This document shows positions 1 to 9,732 of a DNA stretch of 64,000 bases, one piece after another. Source of the stretch: a virus; IMG/VR virus record IMGVR_UViG_3300033550_000002, positions 15,685-79,684 of that record. One strand, given 5' to 3'. Numbering within the stretch: the stretch's first letter is position 1; every line of letters begins with the position of its first letter. The notes beneath the pieces were generated by a model. That model had not been told where the DNA came from. It worked only from the letters and a program-made list of their open reading frames with translations, and made no database searches. Made by a program: the position numbers and the translations under genes.

Positions 1-51
1 GGAACCGATGAGGTTTTCTTCATCCTCTGCTGCGGAACCCCGTGAGGAACC

Positions 52-813
52 ATGCCTGAAATCGAAGTGATCCGGCACGTCGTCCGGCCGCACCAGCACC
101 GCAAGTCCGAGGAGTACGACCCCTCCCAGGACATGCTGATCATCGTGCACAAGAACCCCAACGACCCTGACGATCCGACGGAGTTCGGGCACCACATGCG
201 GATGGAAGGGCTGTCGTACCGCAAGGAGATGCTGGGCCTGGCCGAGTACGCGGACGTGATCGACCAGGAGATCCGGGACCTGGAGCGTTTCTACTTCTGG
301 GACGCCCAGAAACATGCCGGGGCTCACCCGCTCGCGGACATCACCGAGCACTACTTCGAAGGCCCCCCGGAGCGCATGAGGAGCTTCGCGCCGGACTACC
401 TGCTCGACCAGGCCGACCAGCTCTCCGCCGTCGGGCGCATGACGACGGACGCCGCGATGCACATGGCGGCCGACGTCGTCCTCTCGGGCATCGCGGACGT
501 CCGGAACTGCCTGGCGGCCAAGGAGGGGATGAAGTTCGCCTGCCGTGGCATGACGGGCCTCTCGCAGGACAGCGCGGAGAAGCGCGGCGTCGCGGTGGAG
601 AGGATGGCCGCAGAGTCCTCGGGGGTGACCCTGAAGTCCACCAAGGGTCTCGACGACGTACGCCAGCTCCTGACCGACCGGGGTCACGAACTGGAGCCCA
701 GCCGTGAGCGCTTCGTGGGGCACGCGCTCATGGAGTCCAATGTGCCCGCCCTGATGATGACCCGCGTGAAGCAGGCCGTCGAACGTCGCACCGGAAGGAA
801 GCTCCCTTCATGA
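52..813 (+). CDS. hypothetical protein
   Basis: 253-aa ORF, GAGG RBS, GC-rich third positions, overlaps next start. Confidence 0.7.
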   Translation: MPEIEVIRHVVRPHQHRKSEEYDPSQDMLIIVHKNPNDPDDPTEFGHHMRMEGLSYRKEMLGLAEYADVIDQEIRDLERFYFWDAQKHAGAHPLADITEHYFEGPPERMRSFAPDYLLDQADQLSAVGRMTTDAAMHMAADVVLSGIADVRNCLAAKEGMKFACRGMTGLSQDSAEKRGVAVERMAAESSGVTLKSTKGLDDVRQLLTDRGHELEPSRERFVGHALMESNVPALMMTRVKQAVERRTGRKLPS

Positions 814-1049
814 GCACCCCCGTCAACCTGGCCTCCGTCTCGTCGGACGACGTGATCTCGTCGTACCGCGAGCAGCTTGCCGACGCGCACCACCAGATCG
901 CGGTGCTGACCGCCCAGCTCTCCAAGGCCATTCAGATCATGAGGCAGGACCAGCAGAATGAGCTGGCCATGCAGACCGGAGACCGAGGAGAGACCGATGG
1001 CCGTAACACAGGTACCGCCCAGCGGCTGGATGCCCAGTCTGACGGGTGA
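810..1049 (+). CDS. small hypothetical (coiled-coil) protein
   Basis: ATGA coupling with upstream ORF; heptad-like YREQLADAHHQIAVLTAQL. Confidence 0.6.
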   Translation: MSTPVNLASVSSDDVISSYREQLADAHHQIAVLTAQLSKAIQIMRQDQQNELAMQTGDRGETDGRNTGTAQRLDAQSDG

Positions 1050-1428
1050 CGTCCAGGCTCCGGCCGGAGCGTCGAGCGTGGGCGGGGTCCGGCTGACCGT
1101 GGCCTGGTCGGCGGACCCGGTCGTCCTCGACGCCACGGTTCACCTCGGCGGCGTCGCGTTCACCAGCATGGGCGAGGCGCAGGCCAGCGGGAACGACCGG
1201 GTCTGGAGCTTCTACGGCCCCTCCCAGGTCGCTCCGGCGGCCGTCGCGGCCGGACTGTCCCAGGTGTCGAACGAGATGACGCCGGGCACCACGCTGACCG
1301 TCACCGCCGAGGGCGTGCAGCAGTTCTCGCCGGAGGGCGGCCTGGTTCCGGCGGGCGACCCGGTCGAGCTGGGCGTGCTCGAAGTCGTCACCTGGGAGGA
1401 GTGGCGGCGGCTCAACGGCGGGGACTGA
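997..1428 (+). CDS. hypothetical protein
   Basis: GAGGAG RBS before ATG 997. Confidence 0.6.
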   Translation: MAVTQVPPSGWMPSLTGDVQAPAGASSVGGVRLTVAWSADPVVLDATVHLGGVAFTSMGEAQASGNDRVWSFYGPSQVAPAAVAAGLSQVSNEMTPGTTLTVTAEGVQQFSPEGGLVPAGDPVELGVLEVVTWEEWRRLNGGD

Positions 1429-1927
1429 CCGGCAGCCCGCCCTTCGGGTACGCCGCCCGCAGGACCGGCAGGTAGTGGCGCTTGAACAGGAGCGTCACGG
1501 CGTGCCGGAGCGAGTCGCGCACGTGCCGCTGGTGGTGCTGGTGCCCGAGGTGGAGCCCCAGCGCCTCCAGGTGCTCGTCGGCGACCGTGTGCTTGGCTTC
1601 GCCGGGGAGCTGCGTGACCACCTCGTGGAAGATCGAGCGGTCGTAAAGCATCTGCTCGATCCCGCCGATCACCCGGAGCGCCGTGGTGTCGGTCGACGCG
1701 GCCTCCGGGGTATTGCGGATGTGGAAGTCCTCGTACACGAGGATGTGCTTGCCGGGGTAGTCCAGCGTCCACTCGATGAGCTGCTGGGTCGGCGGGGCCT
1801 CCTTCGGTGCCTCGTAGGGGATCGTGGAGTAGTCCAGCAGCTTGAACTCCTCGGGCTGGACGTGCAGCAGGCTCAGGCCGCTGTCGCCGCCGGGGTCGAC
1901 GGCGTGCAGGAAGTAGTCGTGAATCAT
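1412..1927 (-). CDS. RuvC-like Holliday junction resolvase
   Basis: AVDPGGDSG, VYEDF, HVRDSLRH acidic motifs; follows DNA polymerase. Confidence 0.7.
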   Translation of the reverse strand: MIHDYFLHAVDPGGDSGLSLLHVQPEEFKLLDYSTIPYEAPKEAPPTQQLIEWTLDYPGKHILVYEDFHIRNTPEAASTDTTALRVIGGIEQMLYDRSIFHEVVTQLPGEAKHTVADEHLEALGLHLGHQHHQRHVRDSLRHAVTLLFKRHYLPVLRAAYPKGGLPVSPRR

Positions 1928-1970
1928 GCGCCGATTCTACGCTTTTTCATGACGACTTCCTGCGTTTCCG

Positions 1971-3923
1971 TCAATCCTGGTAGCACCCGATCCAGCTCTG
2001 CGAGGCGGGGGACACGCCACAGGTGATCGGGACGCCCTGGAAGGTGGTGGTGAGCGCGTCCATGGCCCGCTGGCCGATCTCCTCCACGCGGTCCACGGGC
2101 ACCTCCAGCACGATCTCGTCGTGGATGACCAGGCAGAGCATGGACAACGTCTCGGGGTCCATGCGGAGCAGGCCGTCGCACAGGAGGTCGCGGGTCGTCG
2201 ACTGGCCGATCTGAGCCGGGGCCTGCGTGTACTCCTGGCCGGGGATGACACGCAGCGGGCGGCCCCACTTGCTGGCCACGAGCCCGGTCCGCACGGCGCG
2301 CTTGCGGATCTGGTCGCGCCAGCGGCACAGCACCGGAAAGGCCCGCTTCATCCCCTCGTCGAACTGCGTGGTGATCTCCAGCGACAGACCCGTCAGGGCG
2401 CTCGCCCCGGCCGGGCCCTGGCCGTAGTTCCAGGCGTGCGTGATCGCCTTGGCCTTCTTGCGGGACTCGTCGGAGCGGTCACCGAAGACGCGGAACGCGA
2501 CCTCGCGGTGCATGTCCATCCCGGGGCGGGCGAGCTTCATGTACTCCGGGTCCTTGCACCATCCGGCGATGGCGCGGGCGTCGACCTGGTCGAGGTCGAT
2601 CGCGATGAACACGTACCCCTCGCGCGCCTTGAACATCGCTCGCTGAGCGAGCGCCGCCCCCCGCTTGCCGATGTTCGTGACCGACGGCTCGATGTGCGCC
2701 CAGCGACCGGACGCCTGGATGTCGCCGATGCGGGCGTGCACCCGGCCGTCGGGGCAGATGTTCTTCAGCACCTCCTCGGCCTTCGCGTTGGCCGAGGTGA
2801 CCTGGATCGCGGCTTCGCACAGCTCGATCACGGCCGGGTTGTCGGCGTACTTGCGCATCAGGCCCGGCACGGACTCCTTGCCGCGCAGCCACGCCTCGCG
2901 CCCCAGCGCGTGCCTGGACAGGGCGAGGGAGCCCTTGAGGGTGTACGGGATGTCGCGGTCGCGGACGCCCGCCTCGCGCAGCGCCGCCTCGAACGCCGTC
3001 TTCCCCTCGGTCGTCATGAGCGGAGAGGAGCTGATCGGCTTGACGCGCTTCTTGTAGCCGGTCCGCAGGTCGGGGCACGGCCGGTCGTACAGGTACTCGT
3101 ACAGGTGCCGGATGCGCTTGCCCCGCTTCGTGGTGCGCGGGATGCGGACCTCGACCTCTTCCAGCCAGGTGATCTGGGACTCCGGGAGCGGGACCCCGGC
3201 CTTCTCGTGCAGGAAGGCGTAGGCGTTCAGGCGCTGGTTCTCAGTCGCCTCGACCTGCCGGTGAACCTCTTCGAGGTCGACACCCAGGCCCTTCATGTAC
3301 ATGCCGTTCTGGATGGCCGCGATGGCGACCTCGCGCCGGACGACACCGATCAGCCCCTTCGAGCGGGCCCGGCGGCCCAGCTCGAAGTAGACGGAGCGGG
3401 AGACCTCCAGGTCTCCACAGAGGTAGGAGCGGTAGTCCGGGTCGTCGAGCGGGATGCGGTCCAGGCCGCCGTGCAGCGCCGCCAGACGCATGATGTCGTC
3501 GGTCTTGCCGCTCAGCCCGTAGCGCGCGGCGGTCGCGTTCAGGGAGTAGCCGATGCGCAGATCTGCGGGCTCCAGGCCCTTGTTCCGCAGCGCGTTCATG
3601 TTCAGCGCGACGCCGGGTCTCAGCTTCGGGTACGGAGGGTTGACGCTCCGCTCTCCCACGAGGGTGTCGACGCACTTGGCCGCGAGCTTCCAGTAGTCGG
3701 CCCCGCAGTGGACGGCCAGGGCGATCAGGTCGAAGCCCAGGATGTTGTGGCCGTAGATCACGTCGCTCGCGTACAGGACGTCGAGGAGTTCCTGCGGGTC
3801 GGTGGACACCTGCGGCTCTCCGCCGTCGGTGACCCAGCCGACCAGCCGGACGAAAGGTCCCTGGTGGCCGCCACGGTAGATCAGGTCCGCGTCGGCCGTC
3901 TCGATGTCGAATCCGGTGATCAC
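1971..3923 (-). CDS. family A DNA polymerase with 3'-5' exonuclease
   Basis: FDIET, GHNILGFD, YLCGD exo motifs; DLDQVDAR (A), RKKAKAITHAWNYG (B), IHDE (C). Confidence 0.93.
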   Translation of the reverse strand: MITGFDIETADADLIYRGGHQGPFVRLVGWVTDGGEPQVSTDPQELLDVLYASDVIYGHNILGFDLIALAVHCGADYWKLAAKCVDTLVGERSVNPPYPKLRPGVALNMNALRNKGLEPADLRIGYSLNATAARYGLSGKTDDIMRLAALHGGLDRIPLDDPDYRSYLCGDLEVSRSVYFELGRRARSKGLIGVVRREVAIAAIQNGMYMKGLGVDLEEVHRQVEATENQRLNAYAFLHEKAGVPLPESQITWLEEVEVRIPRTTKRGKRIRHLYEYLYDRPCPDLRTGYKKRVKPISSSPLMTTEGKTAFEAALREAGVRDRDIPYTLKGSLALSRHALGREAWLRGKESVPGLMRKYADNPAVIELCEAAIQVTSANAKAEEVLKNICPDGRVHARIGDIQASGRWAHIEPSVTNIGKRGAALAQRAMFKAREGYVFIAIDLDQVDARAIAGWCKDPEYMKLARPGMDMHREVAFRVFGDRSDESRKKAKAITHAWNYGQGPAGASALTGLSLEITTQFDEGMKRAFPVLCRWRDQIRKRAVRTGLVASKWGRPLRVIPGQEYTQAPAQIGQSTTRDLLCDGLLRMDPETLSMLCLVIHDEIVLEVPVDRVEEIGQRAMDALTTTFQGVPITCGVSPASQSWIGCYQD

Positions 3924-3936
3924 CCTTCTCCCCCTC

Positions 3937-4884
3937 TCACGATGTCCCGGTGGCTGCCGGGAGCATGTAGCGCTCTTCCCAGGTACGGAGACGTTCGAAG
4001 TATCGAGGCCCAAGATCCTTGGCTCGGTGGAGTTTTGGGAGGCCAGGTATGCAAAGATGGTAGCATTCCTCGCCATTTCTGGGCACAGGCGTGGACGTGA
4101 AAACGTGCTCCTTGAGCAGCGCTTCCGGGAAGAGGTCCCGGACCCACTCCTGGCCGTGCACTCGGGGCATCAGGTCGCGGTCCTTCTCGCTGCTGACGCC
4201 CAGCCACATCAGGTACTCCTCGCGCGAGCGCACCGAGAGGGTCGGGAGGTCCGGGCCCACAGGGGTGTACTGGACGCCCCAGCCGGGCTCCAGGAGGGCC
4301 GGAGTGGGCACCCCGGTCATCCGGGCCGCCATGGCCTGCGGGACGCCCTTGGAGCGCACGATGTCGGCCGCGAAGGACCGGAAGGCGGAGTCGCCCCGGG
4401 TGGCCGCCTCCAGCCCGAGGTGGATGATCCGCATGTCGCACGATCCGGTCACCCGGGAGGCGAGCATCCCCTCCGGCCGCGTCATCCACTTCGACACGGT
4501 CTTGTGGTGGATGTCGGTCATCTCCTCGAAGAACGAGGAGCTGAACAGCATCAGCGGGCTGAGGAGCGTGACGGCGGCCAGCCGCCTGCGGCGGGTCCAG
4601 TGCCTGCGGTTCACGTAGGCCCACCACGTGAACGACAGGATCTGGCCCCGCTCGACAGGGCTGTACACGTGCAGCAGGTCGACGTCCCTCGGGTTGCCGT
4701 TGTACGGACTCCGGAAGACGGTCTGGTTCGGCCGGACCATGACGCGGTCCACGGCCCGCAGGAGGTGCGGGAAAGAGGACACGGAAGGCAGGAGGGTCCG
4801 GGCCCTCGCGATCCTCTCCTGCGGCGTACCGGAGCGGTCTCCAGGAGGCCGCCCCGGAGGCCGCCCGGTGGGCTGTCGGGGCAC
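3937..4884 (-). CDS. hypothetical, possibly DNA-binding protein
   Basis: 315-aa ORF between primase-helicase and polymerase; HTH-like EMTDIHHKTVSKW. Confidence 0.55.
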   Translation of the reverse strand: MPRQPTGRPPGRPPGDRSGTPQERIARARTLLPSVSSFPHLLRAVDRVMVRPNQTVFRSPYNGNPRDVDLLHVYSPVERGQILSFTWWAYVNRRHWTRRRRLAAVTLLSPLMLFSSSFFEEMTDIHHKTVSKWMTRPEGMLASRVTGSCDMRIIHLGLEAATRGDSAFRSFAADIVRSKGVPQAMAARMTGVPTPALLEPGWGVQYTPVGPDLPTLSVRSREEYLMWLGVSSEKDRDLMPRVHGQEWVRDLFPEALLKEHVFTSTPVPRNGEECYHLCIPGLPKLHRAKDLGPRYFERLRTWEERYMLPAATGTS

Positions 4885-4897
4885 GCCTTCCTCCGGG

Positions 4898-7177
4898 TCA
4901 GCTTCGGGCGATGGGGATGTAGCGCACCCTTCCGCGCTCGGTGGTCCGGTGGATCAGACCGGCCTTCATGAGAACGTTCAGGTCCGACTCGATGTCCCGT
5001 TCCTGGACCTTCGAGCGGAAGCGCGAGTACAGATCCTGCTCGGTGACGCCTTCCTTCCGGCCCTGGATCGCGGTCAGGATCTCGTTCTGCCGGGCCGCCC
5101 ATTCGGAGTGCAGGATGCGCCCGGCGACCCGCGTTGTCGAGCGGTACCACTCCTCGGCCAGGTGCATTGCCTTGAGCAGGTGCGGCATCCGTACGATCTT
5201 CTCGCGCTCGGACATCGCCAGGACGATCGCGGCCTTCATCATCGAGTCGCCCATGCGAGTGGCGGTGGGCAGCAGAACCTCGCTCAGCTCGTGCCCGTCG
5301 GCCGCGTTGTGCAGCTCCCACTTCGCCTTCTGGAGCCGCGTCCAGGCTTCGCCCTCGAACGGGATCATCACCGTCTGGCCGGGCTCCGTGGTGTTCATCC
5401 AGAAGGCCCGTGCGGCCAGCAGGTCGTTGATCAGGCCCTGTCGCACCGGGTCGTCGCCCGGGGTCTGGCCGTCGAACTGTTCGGTGAACATCCGCTCCTC
5501 GGTGATCGGCGGCGGGTCGGCCTCCGCGATCAGGAAACGGGTCAGGTGGCCGGACTGGTAGTCCTGGATCGTCAGGGAGGCGGCGACCTGCTTCAGGGTG
5601 CCGCAGAGGAACGTGATGAAGTTCGTCCGGATGACGGACATGTCGCGCTCTTCGTGCTCCTTCAGGTTCCCCACGCGAAGGGCGACGCGGACGCGGCCGG
5701 AGAACAGCTCCGTCATGTGCTCCTTGACACCGGCCAGGTAGCGCTTGGCGGCCTGTTCGTACAGCAGGCCGTGAGCCTCGTCGCGGAAGAACACAGAGGT
5801 GCGCCCGTTGCGCTCGGGCAGAATCACGCTCAGCGCCTCGGACGTCACGTCGGAGCCGAGCAGGTAGGGGAACTGATCGCTGGAGGCGTCGTCCAGCATG
5901 TCGACCCACATCATCATCGCGGTCGTCTTCCGGGCGCGCGTGGTGGGCCCGAGGATGAAGAACCACAGGGTGAGGTTGGTGTCGAACTTCGTCGGGCACT
6001 TGCCGAACTCGCCGAAGACCGCCGACAGGAGCGTGCAGGCACCGGCCCGGTGGTAGATCTCGGGGGCGTCGGTGCGCGTCCTGGCCCACTGGGTGTAGCG
6101 GTCGACGAAGGTATCCGTGGGGACCCGGTCGCGCTCGTCGGGCTTCAGGATCTGGACGGATTCGGCGAACGCCAGCAGCTTCTTCTCGGGGTTCTCCGTG
6201 CTCTTGTCGGCCTCCTTGCGGAATCCGACGTCGGAGAAGGAGTTGCGGACCGGCTGATTGTCGGGGTGGTCGTAGGCGCGGACGAGCTGCGTCCACAGCT
6301 CGCTCTCGTGGCGGCCGTCGATCTTGTACTTGTTGCACTTCGCGTCCCAGGCGATGTGCATGGCCGTCAGCCGGGACGTGTTCAGGCGCGCGAGCAGGCT
6401 GAGCAGCTTCCAGAGCGTCTTCGACCGGTCCTGGTCGGGGCGCAGGTCGGAGGCGTACAGGTCGTACACCTCGGGGCTGGACCGGAAGACCTCGGCGGAC
6501 TCGCGGATCGACTGGGCCGAGTAGTACCACTCGTTCTTCGGGGGCATCTCGGAGCCGGTGGACGGCCGGTCCTGGGTGCTGAACGGCGGGTAGGGGCTCG
6601 CGAGCGCCTTGAGCGTGTACGTGGGGCCCATCTTCGGCTGCGGGATCTGCCAGCGGGGACGGCCGTGCCGGGCGTACTTGTTGTTCGAGGTGCCGGGGAC
6701 GCGCAGGAGCTGGCCCGCATCCCAGCCGCCGGGGTCGCAGCCGTCTCCCCGGTGCTCCGTGGCGATCGACCGCGAGATGTCGACGAGCTGTGCCGGGTCG
6801 TCGGTCTCCGTGATCCAGTACAGGTGATGGCGGCCCTCGGAAGACTCGACGGCCATGGTCGGCTCGGCCTTCAGGCGGTCGAGCGGCAGCGTGTCGGCAT
6901 CCGCGTACGCCGCCCACTGGTGGGCGATGTTGCTGCCCTTCCGGCTGCTGCGGGACTTGAACAGGGCCGGGACGGTGTACACGTCCTTGTCGCTGTTGTG
7001 CAGGCAGAACGCGACCAGATCCTCCTCCTGGGAAGGCCAGGAGAAGAAGTGCGTCTGCGTGGGTCCGGTCTCCTCGTCGAAGACCCCTCCGGGATAGAGC
7101 GACAGGGCGACGAATCCGATGTCCTTTCCGTCGGGGTCCGTCTTCGGAAAGAGCGTGCGGAAGAACACGAAGCTCAC
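4898..7177 (-). CDS. bifunctional primase-helicase (RepB-like primase + DUF3987-like P-loop domain)
   Basis: YADAD, VESSEGRHHLYW, QLLRVPGTSNNKY; ILGPTTRARKTT and FFRDE; GTG start after AGGAGG. Confidence 0.8.
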   Translation of the reverse strand: MSFVFFRTLFPKTDPDGKDIGFVALSLYPGGVFDEETGPTQTHFFSWPSQEEDLVAFCLHNSDKDVYTVPALFKSRSSRKGSNIAHQWAAYADADTLPLDRLKAEPTMAVESSEGRHHLYWITETDDPAQLVDISRSIATEHRGDGCDPGGWDAGQLLRVPGTSNNKYARHGRPRWQIPQPKMGPTYTLKALASPYPPFSTQDRPSTGSEMPPKNEWYYSAQSIRESAEVFRSSPEVYDLYASDLRPDQDRSKTLWKLLSLLARLNTSRLTAMHIAWDAKCNKYKIDGRHESELWTQLVRAYDHPDNQPVRNSFSDVGFRKEADKSTENPEKKLLAFAESVQILKPDERDRVPTDTFVDRYTQWARTRTDAPEIYHRAGACTLLSAVFGEFGKCPTKFDTNLTLWFFILGPTTRARKTTAMMMWVDMLDDASSDQFPYLLGSDVTSEALSVILPERNGRTSVFFRDEAHGLLYEQAAKRYLAGVKEHMTELFSGRVRVALRVGNLKEHEERDMSVIRTNFITFLCGTLKQVAASLTIQDYQSGHLTRFLIAEADPPPITEERMFTEQFDGQTPGDDPVRQGLINDLLAARAFWMNTTEPGQTVMIPFEGEAWTRLQKAKWELHNAADGHELSEVLLPTATRMGDSMMKAAIVLAMSEREKIVRMPHLLKAMHLAEEWYRSTTRVAGRILHSEWAARQNEILTAIQGRKEGVTEQDLYSRFRSKVQERDIESDLNVLMKAGLIHRTTERGRVRYIPIARS

Positions 7178-7295
7178 TGCGTGCCCTCCTTTTCTGTGCG
7201 ACGTTCCAGTACGGAAAGGGCGGGGCCCCCGAGAGGACCCCGCCCTGTGGGGCTGGGCGGATTCGATCGTATCCGCCCAGCCCTTCCGGCTCACG

Positions 7296-8456
7296 TCAGC
7301 CGGTGTACTCGTCGGTGCCGCCGGACTGGCCGGGCACCTCGTTCCACTGCGTTCCGAGCCAGACCGCCGTGACGATCTCGCCCGTGCCCTTGAGCAGGAC
7401 GTCGACCTTGGCACCCGCGTTCGCGCCGAGGGCGATGCCGCCCACGGTGTCCCACGTGATCTCGCCCTCGGCCTCCGAGCCGTCCAGCCGCTCGATGACG
7501 ACCTTGCGCTCGGGGACCGGCTGGAACGGCTGCCACATGCTCAGGTAGTCGTTGACCGGGAAGTACTTCTCCTTCAGGACGTCGGAGGAGTCGCCGTTGT
7601 CGCGGATGGCGTACTTCTGGTCGAGGACGTGCACCAGCAGGGCCTCGTTCACGTCGGCGACCTCGCCGGTCTCCGCGTAGACGTAGCCGCCGGACTCGTC
7701 GACCTTGACGACCAGCACCGCGTCGCCCGTCTCCGGGTCCACCAGGACGTTGATCCGGTCGCCGTTCTCGTCGAGCCGGTCGCGGAACTTCGGCTTCTTC
7801 GAGGTGACGACGTTGATCTGCGCCATGACGACCTGCTCGTCCATGCGCTCGGCGACCTCGTGCATGTTCGCCTTGTTCACGCGGTCACCGGCCGCCGTCG
7901 CGCCGGAGGCGACGCGCAGCGCACGGCCCTGCTCGTTCGGACCGCCGGTCCGGTTGCCCTGCGGCTTGAAGAACGCGGTCTTGATCGTGAAGACCGGGAC
8001 CTCGATCTCGTAGTCGAAGCGGCGGCGGCCGAAGCGCGGGGCGACGTGGTTGGCCTGGACGATGAAGTAGGGCAGCGGGACCTCGGCGATCTTCTCCGTG
8101 GCACCGGCCTTCAGCATCGCCTCGACCTGGTCGAACAGGACGTAGGTCTTGCCGTCCTTCTGGGCGATGCAGGTCTTCGAGGAGAGCCGGGGAACGAACT
8201 TCTCGTCGACCGTGGGGGAGGTCAGACGGATCGGCACCCACATCTTGTCCAGCAGGCCGACGTCGCGCGGGTCGCTGTAGACCTTGCGCTCGTCGCGGGC
8301 CTGGACGGCCTCGCCGGACTCCTCCTCGTCCAGCTCGATCTCGTCGAGGATGTCGTCGAACTCGCCGACGGCCAGGTCCTCGTCACCGCCGTCGAGGTCG
8401 ATGGCGGGCTCCTCGGCCGGGGCGTCCCACGGGTCGAACGTCGTCTCGTCGCTCAT
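7296..8456 (-). CDS. hypothetical acidic protein, possible ssDNA-binding protein
   Basis: acidic N-terminus; lies between recombinase and primase; function inferred from position only. Confidence 0.5.
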   Translation of the reverse strand: MSDETTFDPWDAPAEEPAIDLDGGDEDLAVGEFDDILDEIELDEEESGEAVQARDERKVYSDPRDVGLLDKMWVPIRLTSPTVDEKFVPRLSSKTCIAQKDGKTYVLFDQVEAMLKAGATEKIAEVPLPYFIVQANHVAPRFGRRRFDYEIEVPVFTIKTAFFKPQGNRTGGPNEQGRALRVASGATAAGDRVNKANMHEVAERMDEQVVMAQINVVTSKKPKFRDRLDENGDRINVLVDPETGDAVLVVKVDESGGYVYAETGEVADVNEALLVHVLDQKYAIRDNGDSSDVLKEKYFPVNDYLSMWQPFQPVPERKVVIERLDGSEAEGEITWDTVGGIALGANAGAKVDVLLKGTGEIVTAVWLGTQWNEVPGQSGGTDEYTG

Positions 8457-8492
8457 GTCTCGTTGCCTCTCGTCTCTCGTGTGTTCCGCGTG

Positions 8493-9650
8493 TCAGCGGA
8501 GGTCGGTGATGATGGATTCCATGTGCGCGGAGAGCGTGGCCTCGCGGCCCCCCATCTCCACCATGGCCTCCGCCTTTCCGCTCTCCTGGGCCGCAGCGAT
8601 GGCGGCCTGGAGGGCGGAAGTCTTCTGGTCGGGCGACGCGTCCTCGCGGCCCGCGATGCGCTGGGACCATTCGAGGATGCCCTCGGCGTCGAGCTTGTCG
8701 GCCATCTCCCGCATCCGGTTCATGACGCGGCCGTGGGCCTTGTTCTCGGTCTCGTCGGTGACGTTCAGGACGCGGCCCTCCAGGGGCGCTCCGGACTCGT
8801 CGACCTGGACGCCCAGCTCCTCCGGGGTGTACATGGCGTTCGCCATGGCCAGCTCGTCGTCGCGGTCGCCGGAGAACGTGACGCCCAGGGTGGACATGAA
8901 GTTCTTGATGCCGAGGATCACGTCGGGCGCGCCGTCGCGGGTGACGCCGGACTTCGCCCGGCTCTTCAGCATCTCGGGGCCGTAGCTCTGCCAGGTGCCC
9001 TTGTTCGTGAGGCCCTGGATGGAGTTGGCCCGCTTCATGGTCCAGACGGACTCGAACCGGATGATCTTCGCAAGGTCGAACTTCGTCTCCGCGATCGTCG
9101 CACGCAGGGCGTCGAAGTCGTACTGGCCGTGCAGCTCGCCGAGCTGCTTGCGGAGGGCGGCGACCTCTTCCGTGGAGGGCTTCTCGTCCAGCAGGGCGAG
9201 TTCCTTCAGGTCGGAGATCCGCTCCAGGAGCTGCCTGCGCTGGAGGTCGTACAGGTTCTGCGTCGACTCCAGCAGGTCGGTCTTCTGCCGACGCTCCTCG
9301 TCCCGCATCCGGCGGAAGTTGTCGAGGTCGTCCTGGCTGGTCCGGCGCACCAGGGTCGCCGTGGCCTTCAGCGCGTCACCCTCGACGTGCACCTTGTGCC
9401 CGGCGGCCAGCGCCAGGGCGACCATGAGGTGCGAGGAGATGCTGGCCTTCAGCACGCCCTTCGACTCGAAGACGTAGATGTGCTGCATGGCGGAGGCGGG
9501 GTCGATGCCGAGCGAAGCGCCGATGCGCATCATGTACTCGACGGAGGCCGGGTCCTTGTGGATGTGCTCCGGCATGAGCCTGGACTTGGCCAGGCGCTGA
9601 GCCTGGGCGGGGTCGACCTCTCCGGTCGTGCGTCGCACCAGCTCTGACAT
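8493..9650 (-). CDS. RecT-like ssDNA annealing protein
   Basis: GASLGIDPASAMQHIYV, WQSYGPEMLKSRA, YTPEELG; adjacent exonuclease. Confidence 0.72.
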   Translation of the reverse strand: MSELVRRTTGEVDPAQAQRLAKSRLMPEHIHKDPASVEYMMRIGASLGIDPASAMQHIYVFESKGVLKASISSHLMVALALAAGHKVHVEGDALKATATLVRRTSQDDLDNFRRMRDEERRQKTDLLESTQNLYDLQRRQLLERISDLKELALLDEKPSTEEVAALRKQLGELHGQYDFDALRATIAETKFDLAKIIRFESVWTMKRANSIQGLTNKGTWQSYGPEMLKSRAKSGVTRDGAPDVILGIKNFMSTLGVTFSGDRDDELAMANAMYTPEELGVQVDESGAPLEGRVLNVTDETENKAHGRVMNRMREMADKLDAEGILEWSQRIAGREDASPDQKTSALQAAIAAAQESGKAEAMVEMGGREATLSAHMESIITDLR

Positions 9651-9732
9651 GGGCTTCCTCGTTTTTCGTCTCGTGTATCGCGTGTTTTCGTGTTCCGTCT
9701 CGTCGTGTTCTCGTACCTCTAGCTTACCACAA

